A stretch of DNA of 32,000 bases from Xylanibacter ruminicola 23 (GTDB taxonomy: Bacteria; Bacteroidota; Bacteroidia; Bacteroidales; Bacteroidaceae). This document shows positions 13,819 through 22,401 of the stretch, in pieces. The position numbers were made by a program, and so were the translations under genes. Numbering within the stretch: position 1 is the stretch's first letter; each line of letters starts with the position of its first letter. The DNA lies in assembly GCF_000025925.1 (NCBI RefSeq), contig NC_014033.1:2910001-2942000 (forward strand), in the 5' to 3' direction. The notes under the pieces are model-generated. The model was given only the letters and a program-made list of their open reading frames with translations, was not told the origin of the DNA and ran no database searches.

Positions 13819-15210
13819 ATGGAGGAAGAAACCAAAGACCAAAAACCCCACTCGGAGCAAGGGGAAACTCAGCACAAGAAGAATTGGCGCGAAGTACGTG
13901 CCACCGAGGAGGATATCCAAAAATTCCTGATGAGCACGCTCTACCTGCGGCATAATGTGATTACGGGTAAGGACGAATTCCGAGTGCCCGAAATCAGCGA
14001 GTATGCGGCCATGGGGATTAAATACCCCACGGGTAAAACGCCATTGGAAGAATGGCGATTGCCTGGCCAATGGTTCGAGATTAGCGACAGGGTGGTGAAC
14101 TCGCTGTGCAGTATGCTGTCGAAACAAAAGGATGTGAATCCCAAGAAAATCTGGCAGGTTATCGACTCTGATTTTGTGCCGTTGTATAATCCGCTGAAAG
14201 CCTATCTGGCCCGACTGCCGCCGTGGGACGAGACGACTAACCCCATACTCTCGTTGGCGATGGATGTAAACGTAAAGGGTGGTCCCGACGAGCAACTGCT
14301 GTTTTACGCCTGTTTGCGCAAATGGCTGGTGGGAGTGGTGGCAGGGTGGCTGGAGGAGAAAGTGGTGAACGAGGAGGTGCTGGTGCTGGTGGGCGAACAG
14401 GGTAACTATAAAACCCGCTGGCTTGAGAGTCTGATACCTCCCGAACTGTCGGCCTATTTCCACTCTACTTCTTCTTTCGGTAAGATGGATAAGGACGAGG
14501 TGCTGAAACTATCATCGTTCGGACTGATTTGTCTGGATGAGATAGATGCGCTGAAGTCAGAGGCAATGAGTAGGCTAAAATGGGCTGTGACCACAAAAGC
14601 TACCGATGCCCGCAAACCGTATGCGCATAATTCGGAACGGCGTGTACACATAGCCAGCTACTGTGGTACCAGCAACAACCTGCAATTTATCGACGACGAT
14701 ACGGGCACCCGCCGCTGGTTGCCGTTCGAGGTGGAGAGTATACGTTCGCCCTACGAGTATCCTATCCACCACGATGAGATTTTTGCCCAGGCCTATCATC
14801 TGTACCAGAGCGGATTCCGCTATTGGTTTGAGAAAAAGGAAATGGATGTTGTGCAGCTGCATAACAAACGGTTCGAGGTGTCGAAACCCGAGCGCGAACT
14901 GGTAAGCAAGTTCTATCGTGTGCCTGCTAAGAACGAACCGTGCGTGTTTGTGAGTGCCTCGGAGATTATGCAAACCATTGGCGGCTTGCTGATACACCGT
15001 TTGACACCTAATAAGCTGGGGCGTGCCATGAAGGCCATGGGCTTTGTAAGCGTGCGCTCACGTGGTGAGCGTGGCTATAACGTGGTGGCGTATAGTGGTG
15101 CCGATATCGACCTGAACAGAACCCTGATGGCCCAGGAAGCCAAGCCTGAGGATGAGGTATCGGTGGTAAGCCACGAAGTTATACTTGACACATTTGACAC
15201 ATTGTTTTAG
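13819..15210 (+). CDS. VapE/VirE-family P-loop protein (phage/plasmid primase-helicase-associated type)
   Basis: N-terminal LRHNVITGKDEFRVPE (VirE_N-like), Walker A-like GEQGNYKT and Walker B ICLDEID. This arrangement is typical of Bacteroidales virulence-protein-E genes. Confidence 0.8.
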   Translation: MEEETKDQKPHSEQGETQHKKNWREVRATEEDIQKFLMSTLYLRHNVITGKDEFRVPEISEYAAMGIKYPTGKTPLEEWRLPGQWFEISDRVVNSLCSMLSKQKDVNPKKIWQVIDSDFVPLYNPLKAYLARLPPWDETTNPILSLAMDVNVKGGPDEQLLFYACLRKWLVGVVAGWLEEKVVNEEVLVLVGEQGNYKTRWLESLIPPELSAYFHSTSSFGKMDKDEVLKLSSFGLICLDEIDALKSEAMSRLKWAVTTKATDARKPYAHNSERRVHIASYCGTSNNLQFIDDDTGTRRWLPFEVESIRSPYEYPIHHDEIFAQAYHLYQSGFRYWFEKKEMDVVQLHNKRFEVSKPERELVSKFYRVPAKNEPCVFVSASEIMQTIGGLLIHRLTPNKLGRAMKAMGFVSVRSRGERGYNVVAYSGADIDLNRTLMAQEAKPEDEVSVVSHEVILDTFDTLF

Positions 15211-15218
15211 GAAATCCT

Positions 15219-15254
15219 CGTGCGTACCGCGCACGCACCTACACGGTACGCACG
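15219..15254 (+). terminator. GC-rich hairpin after vapE (11-bp perfect stem)
   Basis: cgtgcgtaccg / cggtacgcacg with a 14-nt loop, followed by TAACTTTTAC, which is a weak U tract. Confidence 0.5.
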
Positions 15255-15289
15255 TAACTTTTACAAATTAATCTGTCAAATGCGTCATA

Positions 15290-15322
15290 CATTAAAAATT
15301 AAATATTAAACATTAAACATTA
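15290..15322. repeat. Heptamer tandem array NATTAAA, about 4.7 copies
   Basis: cattaaa aattaaa tattaaa cattaaa catta. Confidence 0.8.
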
Positions 15323-15331
15323 TTTTTTCTC

Positions 15332-15390
15332 TAGGTACTTTTCAAATGTAAAGCAGTTAGCGTGCAAAAAAACATTAGGTACTTTTCAAA
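15332..15390 (+). repeat. Direct repeat of the 15-mer TAGGTACTTTTCAAA, two copies 44 bp apart (promoter-like TACTTTTC core)
   Basis: Identical copies at 15332-15346 and 15376-15390. The second ends 20 nt before the DUF4248 ATG. Confidence 0.7.
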
Positions 15391-15410
15391 AAAAACAAAA
15401 TAGAAAGCTT

Positions 15411-15590
15411 ATGAAAACAATGACAAGAAAACAGCTGGCTGAGCATGCCGGTGTAACGACTCAGACACTCAAGAACTGGATGGGACCGCATCTTGACTAC
15501 CTGCATTCCATCGGTATGCCAACCGGAAAGGGTGCCCTGCCTCCAAACGTAGTGAAATACATCGTAGAAACTTTTGATATCGACAAGTAA
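15411..15590 (+). CDS. DUF4248-like small HTH protein (59 aa, below the ORF-track cutoff)
   Basis: My translation is MKTMTRKQLAEHAGVTTQTLKNWMGPHLDYLHSIGMPTGKGALPPNVVKYIVETFDIDK*. Its HTH-like core and its position between vapE and HU match the conserved Bacteroidales cluster. Confidence 0.6.
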   Translation: MKTMTRKQLAEHAGVTTQTLKNWMGPHLDYLHSIGMPTGKGALPPNVVKYIVETFDIDK

Positions 15591-15645
15591 GCAAAAGAAT
15601 CGCTACGAATCACCAAGAATCCCAAAACGTCCCTCAGAAATGTGG

Positions 15646-15653
15646 TATCTTTG
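15646..15653 (+). promoter_or_regulatory. -7 box TATCTTTG upstream of the HU-like gene
   Basis: TAnnTTTG match, 61 nt upstream of the ATG at 15714. Confidence 0.55.
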
Positions 15654-15670
15654 CCATGTCAATCAGACAA

Positions 15671-15705
15671 TGTTTAATTTTTAATGTTTAATCTTTAATG
15701 TTTTA
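15671..15705. repeat. Heptamer tandem array TNTTTAA, 5 copies (inverted orientation relative to 15290-15322)
   Basis: tgtttaa tttttaa tgtttaa tctttaa tgtttta. Confidence 0.8.
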
Positions 15706-15713
15706 TGTAGCTT

Positions 15714-16265
15714 ATGGCAATTAAAGTAAAAGCAGTAGAGCGCGAGCTCAAGGTAGGCAAGGATGCAGGCAAGTATCGCTTTATGATGCAGGCCGAGATC
15801 TACAACACGTTGTCGGCACAGAAGGTAATTAGCGAGGCCTCTGTTCGTAGCGGTATCGCCGAGGGTGCCCTGAGTGCGGCATGGGATGCCATCGGACAGG
15901 TGGTAAAGGTTTGGGCCACCGAGGGACATTCCATCGCCATCCCTGGTCTGGGACGTATGCGATTCGGTGTGAGGGCCACCACGGTGGATGACGTGAACAA
16001 GGTAAGTACAGGACTGATTACCACCCGACGCGTGATTTTCTCACCATCGGTTGAGATCAAGGATGAGCTGAAGGATACGGCCATCAACATTACCTGTTAC
16101 GACCGTGAGGGTAAGATCGTAAAGCGTGTTACCAGTACCGATCCTGGCAATATCGAGGACCCTGATTCGCCAACCGATCAGCCTTCGACTGGTGGCAACA
16201 ACAGTGGCAATAGCGGAAACACCGGCGGTGGTGGTAACTCAAGTCACGAGCCAATTGGTGATTAA
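15714..16265 (+). CDS. HU-family DNA-binding protein (Bacteroidales long form) with a G/N/S-rich tail
   Basis: The HU/IHF-like core includes a beta-arm region (GLGRMRFGVRAT...RRVIFSPS). The tail is DQPSTGGNNSGNSGNTGGGGNSSHEP. Confidence 0.75.
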   Translation: MAIKVKAVERELKVGKDAGKYRFMMQAEIYNTLSAQKVISEASVRSGIAEGALSAAWDAIGQVVKVWATEGHSIAIPGLGRMRFGVRATTVDDVNKVSTGLITTRRVIFSPSVEIKDELKDTAINITCYDREGKIVKRVTSTDPGNIEDPDSPTDQPSTGGNNSGNSGNTGGGGNSSHEPIGD

Positions 16266-16286
16266 TCTGTAAAAAAATAAAAGCCT

Positions 16287-16391
16287 ATGGTAAAAGTAAA
16301 TTGGAATAGAGTAGCTAAGGTGTTGCGATTTGTGGCAACAGTGATTACAACAGTTCTGGGAACTATTGCTGTGCAGTCATGCGGACGATAA
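16287..16391 (+). CDS. smalltalk-family small membrane protein (34 aa, absent from the ORF track)
   Basis: My translation is MVKVNWNRVAKVLRFVATVITTVLGTIAVQSCGR*. It has a single hydrophobic helix ending in VQSC, as in Bacteroidales smalltalk proteins, and overlaps the amidase start by 13 nt. Confidence 0.6.
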   Translation: MVKVNWNRVAKVLRFVATVITTVLGTIAVQSCGR

Positions 16392-16804
16392 CCCTGATAG
16401 TGATTCATTGTTCGGCAGTGGAACCAGACCAGACATCATCGGTGGCCCAGATAGATACCTGGCATCGTGATAGAGGCTTTAAGTTTGGTGTAGGCTATCA
16501 CTACGTGGTCCGTCGTAACGGAGAGATTGAGGCTGGCAGACCGGAATGGCTGGTAGGTGCCCACTGCGTGAACCATAACAAGTACTCCATCGGTGTATGC
16601 TACGAGGGAGGACTGAATGCCCGCGGACAACCCGCCGATACCCGCACAGCTGCTCAGAAGGCGTCGTTACGCAAACTGCTGGAAATACTTCACCGCCGCT
16701 ATCCGCGTGCATCGATCGTAGGTCATCACGATCTGAACCCACAGAAGGCTTGCCCATGCATTGATAACGTAGCCAAAGAGTATGCCGACTTGCAGCCCAA
16801 ATGA
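16379..16804 (+). CDS. N-acetylmuramoyl-L-alanine amidase (Amidase_2 / T7-lysozyme / AmpD-like), no signal peptide
   Basis: IVIHCSA...GYHYVV...GAHCVNHN...IGVCYEGG...GHHDL...KACPC are zinc-amidase signatures. Confidence 0.85.
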   Translation: MRTITLIVIHCSAVEPDQTSSVAQIDTWHRDRGFKFGVGYHYVVRRNGEIEAGRPEWLVGAHCVNHNKYSIGVCYEGGLNARGQPADTRTAAQKASLRKLLEILHRRYPRASIVGHHDLNPQKACPCIDNVAKEYADLQPK

Positions 16805-16810
16805 GTTTTT

Positions 16811-16841
16811 AGGCACGGATTCTATTCTAGAGTCCGTGCTT
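16811..16841 (+). terminator. Intrinsic terminator after the amidase gene
   Basis: aggcacggattc-tattcta-gagtccgtgctt (including G-U pairs), followed by TATTAT. Confidence 0.6.
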
Positions 16842-16900
16842 TATTATCAATATTAACAATATTTAGGTAACAGTTTGGTTGCGTGATGAGGATTAATTTG

Positions 16901-16908
16901 TACATTTG
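16901..16908 (+). promoter_or_regulatory. -7 box TACATTTG upstream of the cupin gene
   Basis: TAnnTTTG match, 58 nt upstream of the ATG at 16966. Confidence 0.5.
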
Positions 16909-16965
16909 CAACATCATATCTATAAGTAGAACAATAAGTATAATCTATTAACAGCATTATTTATC

Positions 16966-17436
16966 ATGAACACAAAGGTATTTATGCATGCTATCGTGGC
17001 AACAGCCATGCTGGCTACTGCTACTACTTTTACCGCTTGCCTTAATTCGCATGCCGATAATGGAGCAGCGGCCAAGGTAGAGAGCGTAGAGCTGATTCGT
17101 ACAAGTCAGAGTTGGGATGGTGTAGAGTTGCCCGACTATTTCCAGGGGCGCCCCGAACTGGTGGCCGTAAAGTACGTGTTCCCTCCAGGACAGAAGTTGG
17201 GATGGCACCACCACGTAGCTATGAACTACGGCGTACTGACACAGGGCGAATTGACTATTATCGGACAGGATGGCAAAACCAAGGTGGTACACGAGGGCGA
17301 GGCCGTGGTTGAGATGGTTGGCACCATACACCATGGCGAGAACCGTGGCACCAAGCCGGTTATTCTGTACATGTTCTATTTGTCACAGAAAGACCTGCCG
17401 CTGGCCGTACAGCACCCCGATATACCATTGGAGTAG
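16966..17436 (+). CDS. Cupin-domain lipoprotein
   Basis: Signal peptide with a lipobox-like TFTAC. Cupin motifs GWHHH...G and GTIHHGEN. Confidence 0.7.
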   Translation: MNTKVFMHAIVATAMLATATTFTACLNSHADNGAAAKVESVELIRTSQSWDGVELPDYFQGRPELVAVKYVFPPGQKLGWHHHVAMNYGVLTQGELTIIGQDGKTKVVHEGEAVVEMVGTIHHGENRGTKPVILYMFYLSQKDLPLAVQHPDIPLE

Positions 17437-17459
17437 CCCTACCCCACAGCACAAAAAAA

Positions 17460-17491
17460 AGAGCGCCACAGAGCAAAAACTGCGGCGCTCT
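17460..17491. terminator. Bidirectional intrinsic terminator between convergent genes
   Basis: agagcgccacag / ctgcggcgctct (12 bp, 1 mismatch), with A8 upstream and TATTTT downstream. Confidence 0.75.
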
Positions 17492-17514
17492 TATTTTCCT
17501 TAAATAAGGATATA

Positions 17515-18150
17515 TCAGCCAATATATGCTAATATCACATTGGCTGCCTCTTCCTCGGTTTTACCATCCATTCTGATAACCAGATCGTAGTTACGGGTGT
17601 CGTAACGCGAAGTATGGGCATTGTTCTTCATATACTCCTCGCGGGTTTCATCCACCATCTTAATAACTTTCTTGGCCTCTTTCTCGCTAAGTCCTTGCTT
17701 AGCCATCACGCGCTTCAGACGATGATCCATAGAAGCCTGAATGAGAACGCTCAGATGGTTGGGATTTTCGTTCATAGCAAAGAAGGCCGAACGACCGGCG
17801 ATGACACACGACTCCTCGCTGGCAATGTTTTGCAAGATTTCTCTTTCTGCCTTCAGCACAGCCTCGGAGGTCACATACCTGTTATTATCCTCGTCGTAAT
17901 ACTCAGAAGAATTGGCTGCTCCTTCTCCCAGAACCAACACACGCTTAATTTCTTCCCACCAGCTACGGTTCTTGCCTTTCAAATCCTCAATCTGACGATG
18001 TGAAAGGTCGAACTTCTCTTCCAAAGCCTTAGAAAGCACCTTGTCGTAATAGGGCACGCCCAGTTTCTCGGCTAAAATACGACCGACGGTACGACCACCG
18101 CTACCCAACTCGCGATTAATGGTGATGACAAATCTTTCGTTTTTTTTCAT
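17515..18150 (-). CDS. Cytidylate-kinase-like family protein (P-loop)
   Basis: The N-terminal ITINRELGSGGRTVGRILAEKLGVPYYDK matches the cytidylate_kin2-type family common in Bacteroidales. Confidence 0.75.
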   Translation of the reverse strand: MKKNERFVITINRELGSGGRTVGRILAEKLGVPYYDKVLSKALEEKFDLSHRQIEDLKGKNRSWWEEIKRVLVLGEGAANSSEYYDEDNNRYVTSEAVLKAEREILQNIASEESCVIAGRSAFFAMNENPNHLSVLIQASMDHRLKRVMAKQGLSEKEAKKVIKMVDETREEYMKNNAHTSRYDTRNYDLVIRMDGKTEEEAANVILAYIG

Positions 18151-18189
18151 TATACCTAAGTTTTTAGTTATTCCATAATAATAAAAAGA

Positions 18190-18222
18190 GGTAATGGGGA
18201 CATCATTGTAGTCCCCACTACC
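18190..18222 (-). terminator. Intrinsic terminator of the frd operon
   Basis: ggtaatggggac / gtccccactacc stem. On the minus strand it is followed by CTCTTTTTATTATT. Confidence 0.7.
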
Positions 18223-18234
18223 TATAAAGAGTTA

Positions 18235-18993
18235 TTAATCGGCCATCTTAGCCTTGATCATCTCGCGGTTGAGGCGAGCGATGTTAGCGATGGTCTCGTT
18301 CTTAGGACAAACAGCCTCGCAAGCGCGGGTGTTAGTACAGTTACCGAAACCAAGCTCGTCCATCTTGGCAATCATGTTCTTAACACGACGGGCAGCCTCT
18401 ACCTTACCCTGTGGGAGCAGTGCCAGCTGGCTTACCTTAGATGAAACGAACAGCATGGCAGAACCATTCTTACAAGCTGCTACGCAAGCGCCACAGCCAA
18501 TGCAAGATGCGCAGTCCATAGCCTCATCAGCATCCTCCTTAGGAATCAGGATAGCGTTGGCATCCTGAGCCTGACCGGTACGGATAGTGGTGTAACCGCC
18601 AGCCTGGATAATCTTATCGAAGGCGTTACGATCAACCATACAGTCCTTAATTACGGGGAAGGCAGCTGAGCGCCAAGGCTCTACAGTAATGACGTCGCCA
18701 TCGTTGAAACGGCGCATGTAGAGCTGACAGGTGGTAGCACCACGCTCGGTAAGACCGTGAGGTGTACCGTTGATGTAGAGCGAGCACATACCGCAGATAC
18801 CCTCGCGGCAGTCGTGATCGAATACGAAGGGCTCCTTGCCTTCGTTGATGAGCTCCTCGTTCAGGATGTCGAGCATCTCGAGAAACGAGGTATCATCGGG
18901 AATATCGTGCATCTCGTGGGTGTCGAAATGTCCCTGGTCCTTGGGGCCGTTCTGGCGCCAGAACTTGATTGTGAATGAAATATTTCTTGCCAT
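18235..18993 (-). CDS. frdB: Fumarate reductase / succinate dehydrogenase iron-sulfur subunit
   Basis: Three Fe-S cluster motifs: [21 protein letters not shown] and [12 protein letters not shown]. Confidence 0.9.
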   Translation of the reverse strand: MARNISFTIKFWRQNGPKDQGHFDTHEMHDIPDDTSFLEMLDILNEELINEGKEPFVFDHDCREGICGMCSLYINGTPHGLTERGATTCQLYMRRFNDGDVITVEPWRSAAFPVIKDCMVDRNAFDKIIQAGGYTTIRTGQAQDANAILIPKEDADEAMDCASCIGCGACVAACKNGSAMLFVSSKVSQLALLPQGKVEAARRVKNMIAKMDELGFGNCTNTRACEAVCPKNETIANIARLNREMIKAKMAD

Positions 18994-18998
18994 AGTGT

Positions 18999-20978
18999 TT
19001 AATTCTTATAGTTACGTGTCTGTACCTTGATTGCCTCGTACTCCAGTGGCTCCTTAATGAGCTCAGGCTCGTTGCCCTTGCCTTTGTACTCCCAGCAGCC
19101 TACATAGAAGTAGTTCTCATCGTCGCGCTTAGCCTCGCCTTCCTCGGTCTGATACTCCTCGCGGAAGTGACCACCGCAAGACTCGTTACGAGAGAGAGCG
19201 TCGAAAGCTACAAGCTGACCCATGGTGAAGAAGTCGCGCAGATGGATAGCCTTGTCGAGCTCGATGTTCAAGCCCTCCTTGGTTCCAGGAACGAACAGGT
19301 TAGAGTCGAACTCCTTCTCGAGCTCGTGCATCTTCTTCAGACCTTCCTTCAGGCCCTCAGCGGTGCGACCCATACCAACATACTCCCACATGATGTGACC
19401 CAGCTCCTTGTGGATAGAGTCAACCGAACGCTTACCCTTGATGTTCAACAGGCGATCCTGCTCGGCATCAACCTTCTTCTCAGCCTCCTCGAACTCAGGC
19501 AGATCGGTAGAAACCTTTGGCCATACAGCCTGATCGGCCAGATAGTTCTGGATAGTGTAAGGCAGAACGAAGTAACCATCGGCCAGACCCTGCATCAGAG
19601 CCGAAGCACCCAGACGGTTAGCACCGTGGTCAGAGAAGTTACACTCACCAATAGCGAACAGACCTGGAATAGAAGTCTGCAGCTCGTAGTCAACCCAGAT
19701 ACCACCCATGGTGTAGTGGATAGCAGGATAGATCATCATGGGCTTGTAGTACTTCACACCATTGATCTCGTTAGCAACATCGCCAGGGAATACGTCGGTA
19801 ATCTCCTCGTACATCTCGAACAGGTTACCATAGCGCTGCATGATAACATCAAGACCCAGACGGTTGATTGACTCAGAGAAGTCGAGGAACACAGCCAGAC
19901 CGGTGTTGTTTACACCGAAGCCCTTATCGCAACGCTCCTTAGCTGCACGGCTGGCAACATCGCGTGGTACGAGGTTACCGAATGCAGGATAACGGCGCTC
20001 CAGATAGTAGTCGCGATCCTCCTCAGGAATCTCCCAACCCTGCTTGGTTCCTGCCTGAAGTGCCTTAGCATCCTCGAGCTTCTTTGGAACCCAGATACGA
20101 CCATCGTTACGCAGCGACTCTGACATCAGAGTAAGCTTTGACTGCTTGTCGCCGTGAACGGGGATACATGTTGGGTGAATCTGAACGTATGATGGGTTTG
20201 CAAAGTAAGCACCCTTGCGGTAGCACTGAACAGCAGCGGTACAGTTACAACCCATAGCGTTGGTAGAGAGGAAGTAAGTGTTACCGTAACCACCAGTAGC
20301 GATAACTACAGCGTTAGCTGAGAAGCGCTCCAGCTTACCAGTAACCAGGTTCTTGGCGATGATACCGCGAGCGCGGCCATCAACAATAACTACATCCTCC
20401 ATCTCGTAACGGGTGTAGAGCTTAACCTTACCAGCGTTAACCTGGCAGCTCAGTGAGCTGTAAGCACCAAGCAGCAGCTGCTGACCGGTCTGACCCTTAG
20501 CGTAGAATGTACGGCTTACCTGAGCACCACCGAACGAACGGTTAGCCAGCATACCACCGTACTCACGAGCGAAAGGTACGCCCTGAGCTACACACTGGTC
20601 GATAATATTGTTAGAAACCTCGGCCAGACGATATACGTTAGCCTCACGGGCACGATAGTCGCCACCCTTTACTGTATCATAGAACAAACGGTAGATAGAG
20701 TCACCATCGTTCTGGTAGCACTTAGCGGCGTTGATACCACCCTGAGCTGCGATAGAGTGAGCACGACGTGGAGAATCCTGAATACACAGGTTGATAACGT
20801 TGAAGCCCATCTCGCCAAGTGAAGCAGCTGCAGAAGCACCAGCCAAACCGGTACCTACTACGATAACATCGAGCTTCAGCTTATTCTTTGGGTTAACCAA
20901 ACGCTGGTGAGCCTTATATTCCTTCCATTTCTCAGGCACTGGTCCTGCGGGAATCTTTGAATCAATTACTTTTGCCAT
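18999..20978 (-). CDS. frdA: Fumarate reductase / succinate dehydrogenase flavoprotein subunit
   Basis: FAD fold [14 protein letters not shown] and the covalent-FAD His motif [14 protein letters not shown]. The length of 659 aa fits the Bacteroides QFR type. Confidence 0.9.
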   Translation of the reverse strand: MAKVIDSKIPAGPVPEKWKEYKAHQRLVNPKNKLKLDVIVVGTGLAGASAAASLGEMGFNVINLCIQDSPRRAHSIAAQGGINAAKCYQNDGDSIYRLFYDTVKGGDYRAREANVYRLAEVSNNIIDQCVAQGVPFAREYGGMLANRSFGGAQVSRTFYAKGQTGQQLLLGAYSSLSCQVNAGKVKLYTRYEMEDVVIVDGRARGIIAKNLVTGKLERFSANAVVIATGGYGNTYFLSTNAMGCNCTAAVQCYRKGAYFANPSYVQIHPTCIPVHGDKQSKLTLMSESLRNDGRIWVPKKLEDAKALQAGTKQGWEIPEEDRDYYLERRYPAFGNLVPRDVASRAAKERCDKGFGVNNTGLAVFLDFSESINRLGLDVIMQRYGNLFEMYEEITDVFPGDVANEINGVKYYKPMMIYPAIHYTMGGIWVDYELQTSIPGLFAIGECNFSDHGANRLGASALMQGLADGYFVLPYTIQNYLADQAVWPKVSTDLPEFEEAEKKVDAEQDRLLNIKGKRSVDSIHKELGHIMWEYVGMGRTAEGLKEGLKKMHELEKEFDSNLFVPGTKEGLNIELDKAIHLRDFFTMGQLVAFDALSRNESCGGHFREEYQTEEGEAKRDDENYFYVGCWEYKGKGNEPELIKEPLEYEAIKVQTRNYKN

Positions 20979-20991
20979 AATCTTTCGTAAA

Positions 20992-21021
20992 GTTTAAAAA
21001 TTAAAAGATTAAAAAATTAAA
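20992..21021. repeat. Degenerate 7/8-mer array (N)NATTAAA, about 4 copies, in the frdC-frdA spacer
   Basis: gtttaaa aattaaa agattaaa aaattaaa. Confidence 0.6.
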
Positions 21022-21711
21022 TTAGCAGCAGCCAAGGCTGGGAGCGCAACCAAATGCGAAAGCCAGAACTACTACCAGGAACATAAGCATGAGCACGGTA
21101 ACGTAAATGTTGCCAATGCACATCCAGCGCTTGAGCCAGATCTTACCGCTAACACCCAGAGTCTGCATAGCACTCCAGAAACCGTGTGAGAGGTGGAACC
21201 AGATAGCTACAAGCCATACGATGTAGATAACTACGAATACAGGATTTGAGAATGTCTCCTTAATCCAACCGAAACCATCTGTTGGGCTGATGGCAGGCAT
21301 AGCACCAACGAGCTCGGCAAACATCATGTTGTACCAGAAGTTCCAGAGGTGGATGAGCAAGCCAATGCAGATGATGAGACCCAGAACGAGCATGTTCTTT
21401 GAAGCCCACTCTACTTTGCCGGCCTTAACCTCGGTAGCTACCTCGTAGCGGCTCTCGCCGCGAGCGGTACGGTTCTGCGCAGTCAGGATGAATGCGTACA
21501 CAATGTGAAGCACTGCCAAGGCAGCCAGACCCATGGTTGCTACAACAGCATACCAGTTGGCACCCAGGAATTCGCAAATCATGTTGTAACCCTCTTCCGA
21601 GAATAGCGCTACCATGTTCATGCAACCGTGGAAGGTGAGGAACAGAATAAGCGCAATACCCGTAACGGACATTACAACTTTTCTACCAATTGATGAATTG
21701 AATAACCACAT
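21022..21711 (-). CDS. frdC: Fumarate reductase cytochrome b membrane subunit
   Basis: A 229-aa polytopic membrane protein with conserved His residues, first gene of the frdCAB order typical of Bacteroidales. Confidence 0.8.
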   Translation of the reverse strand: MWLFNSSIGRKVVMSVTGIALILFLTFHGCMNMVALFSEEGYNMICEFLGANWYAVVATMGLAALAVLHIVYAFILTAQNRTARGESRYEVATEVKAGKVEWASKNMLVLGLIICIGLLIHLWNFWYNMMFAELVGAMPAISPTDGFGWIKETFSNPVFVVIYIVWLVAIWFHLSHGFWSAMQTLGVSGKIWLKRWMCIGNIYVTVLMLMFLVVVLAFAFGCAPSLGCC

Positions 21712-21784
21712 AAGTTGTTGAGTTTTAATGAATTATTGAATGTTATATACTTACTTGTTAGTACGTGCTCTCGTGATTAGGGGA

Positions 21785-21792
21785 CAAAGATA
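21785..21792 (-). promoter_or_regulatory. -7 box TATCTTTG (minus strand) for frdCAB
   Basis: The reverse complement of caaagata, 74 nt upstream of the frdC start. Confidence 0.55.
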
Positions 21793-21875
21793 GTCAAAAA
21801 TAGCGATATATACAAGTGTTTTCGCGAAAAAATACGTATTTTTTGTAATTTGTGCGATTTTCGTGTAGTTTTTAG

Positions 21876-21883
21876 TATCTTTG
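21876..21883 (+). promoter_or_regulatory. -7 box TATCTTTG for the ECF sigma operon
   Basis: TAnnTTTG match, 42 nt upstream of the ATG at 21925. Confidence 0.55.
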
Positions 21884-21924
21884 CCACGTCTAAAGGGTAA
21901 AAGTTATAAAAAACAGATGAGACA

Positions 21925-22401
21925 ATGAACGCATTAGAAAAGCAGTTTGCGCAAACCGCAGCAGAACACAAAAGCACCATCTACACCGTGTGCTACATGT
22001 TCTCGCAAGATGCCGACGAGGTGAACGACCTGTTCCAGGAGGTACTAGTGAATCTATGGAAAGGTTTCGAGAGCTTTGAGCATCGCAGTGACATCAAGAC
22101 GTGGATTTACCGCGTGGCGCTGAACACCTGTATCTCGCTTGACAGAAAGAAGCGCCGCCAGGCCACCGAACGCCTAACCATGGACATCAACCTGTTTGAA
22201 GACCGCGACGAGGACACTAAGCAAGTGGACATGCTCCACAAGCGTATCTCCAAGCTCCAGCCATTCGACCGCGCGATTGTCCTGCTCTGGCTCGAAAACC
22301 TCAGCTACGAGGAGATCGGACAGATTGTAGGTATCACTACTAAAAACGTCAGCGTACGTCTGTTTAGAATCCGCGAACAGCTGAAAAGCATCAAGGATTA
22401 A
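21925..22401 (+). CDS. ECF-type RNA polymerase sigma-70 factor
   Basis: Region 2 (DLFQEVLVNLWKGFESF...TWIYRVALNTCIS) and region 4 HTH (LSYEEIGQIVGITTKNVSVRLFRIREQL). Confidence 0.85.
   Translation: MNALEKQFAQTAAEHKSTIYTVCYMFSQDADEVNDLFQEVLVNLWKGFESFEHRSDIKTWIYRVALNTCISLDRKKRRQATERLTMDINLFEDRDEDTKQVDMLHKRISKLQPFDRAIVLLWLENLSYEEIGQIVGITTKNVSVRLFRIREQLKSIKD

Noticed and set aside
13792-14463. 223-aa minus-strand ORF overlapping the 5' half of the vapE-like gene
   Set aside because: It lies fully antisense to a gene with clear P-loop and VirE_N motifs. Its translation is H/Q/L/R-rich with no recognisable motif, and it has no promoter box or sensible start context. It is the typical shadow ORF of a GC-rich coding region.
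19167-19871. 234-aa plus-strand ORF inside frdA, with similar antisense ORFs in frdB, the histidine kinase (2013-2569), the regulator (23274-25938) and GH43 (26149-27904)
   Set aside because: All are antisense to strongly supported genes. None has a family signature, and all are compositionally biased. I treat them as frame shadows.
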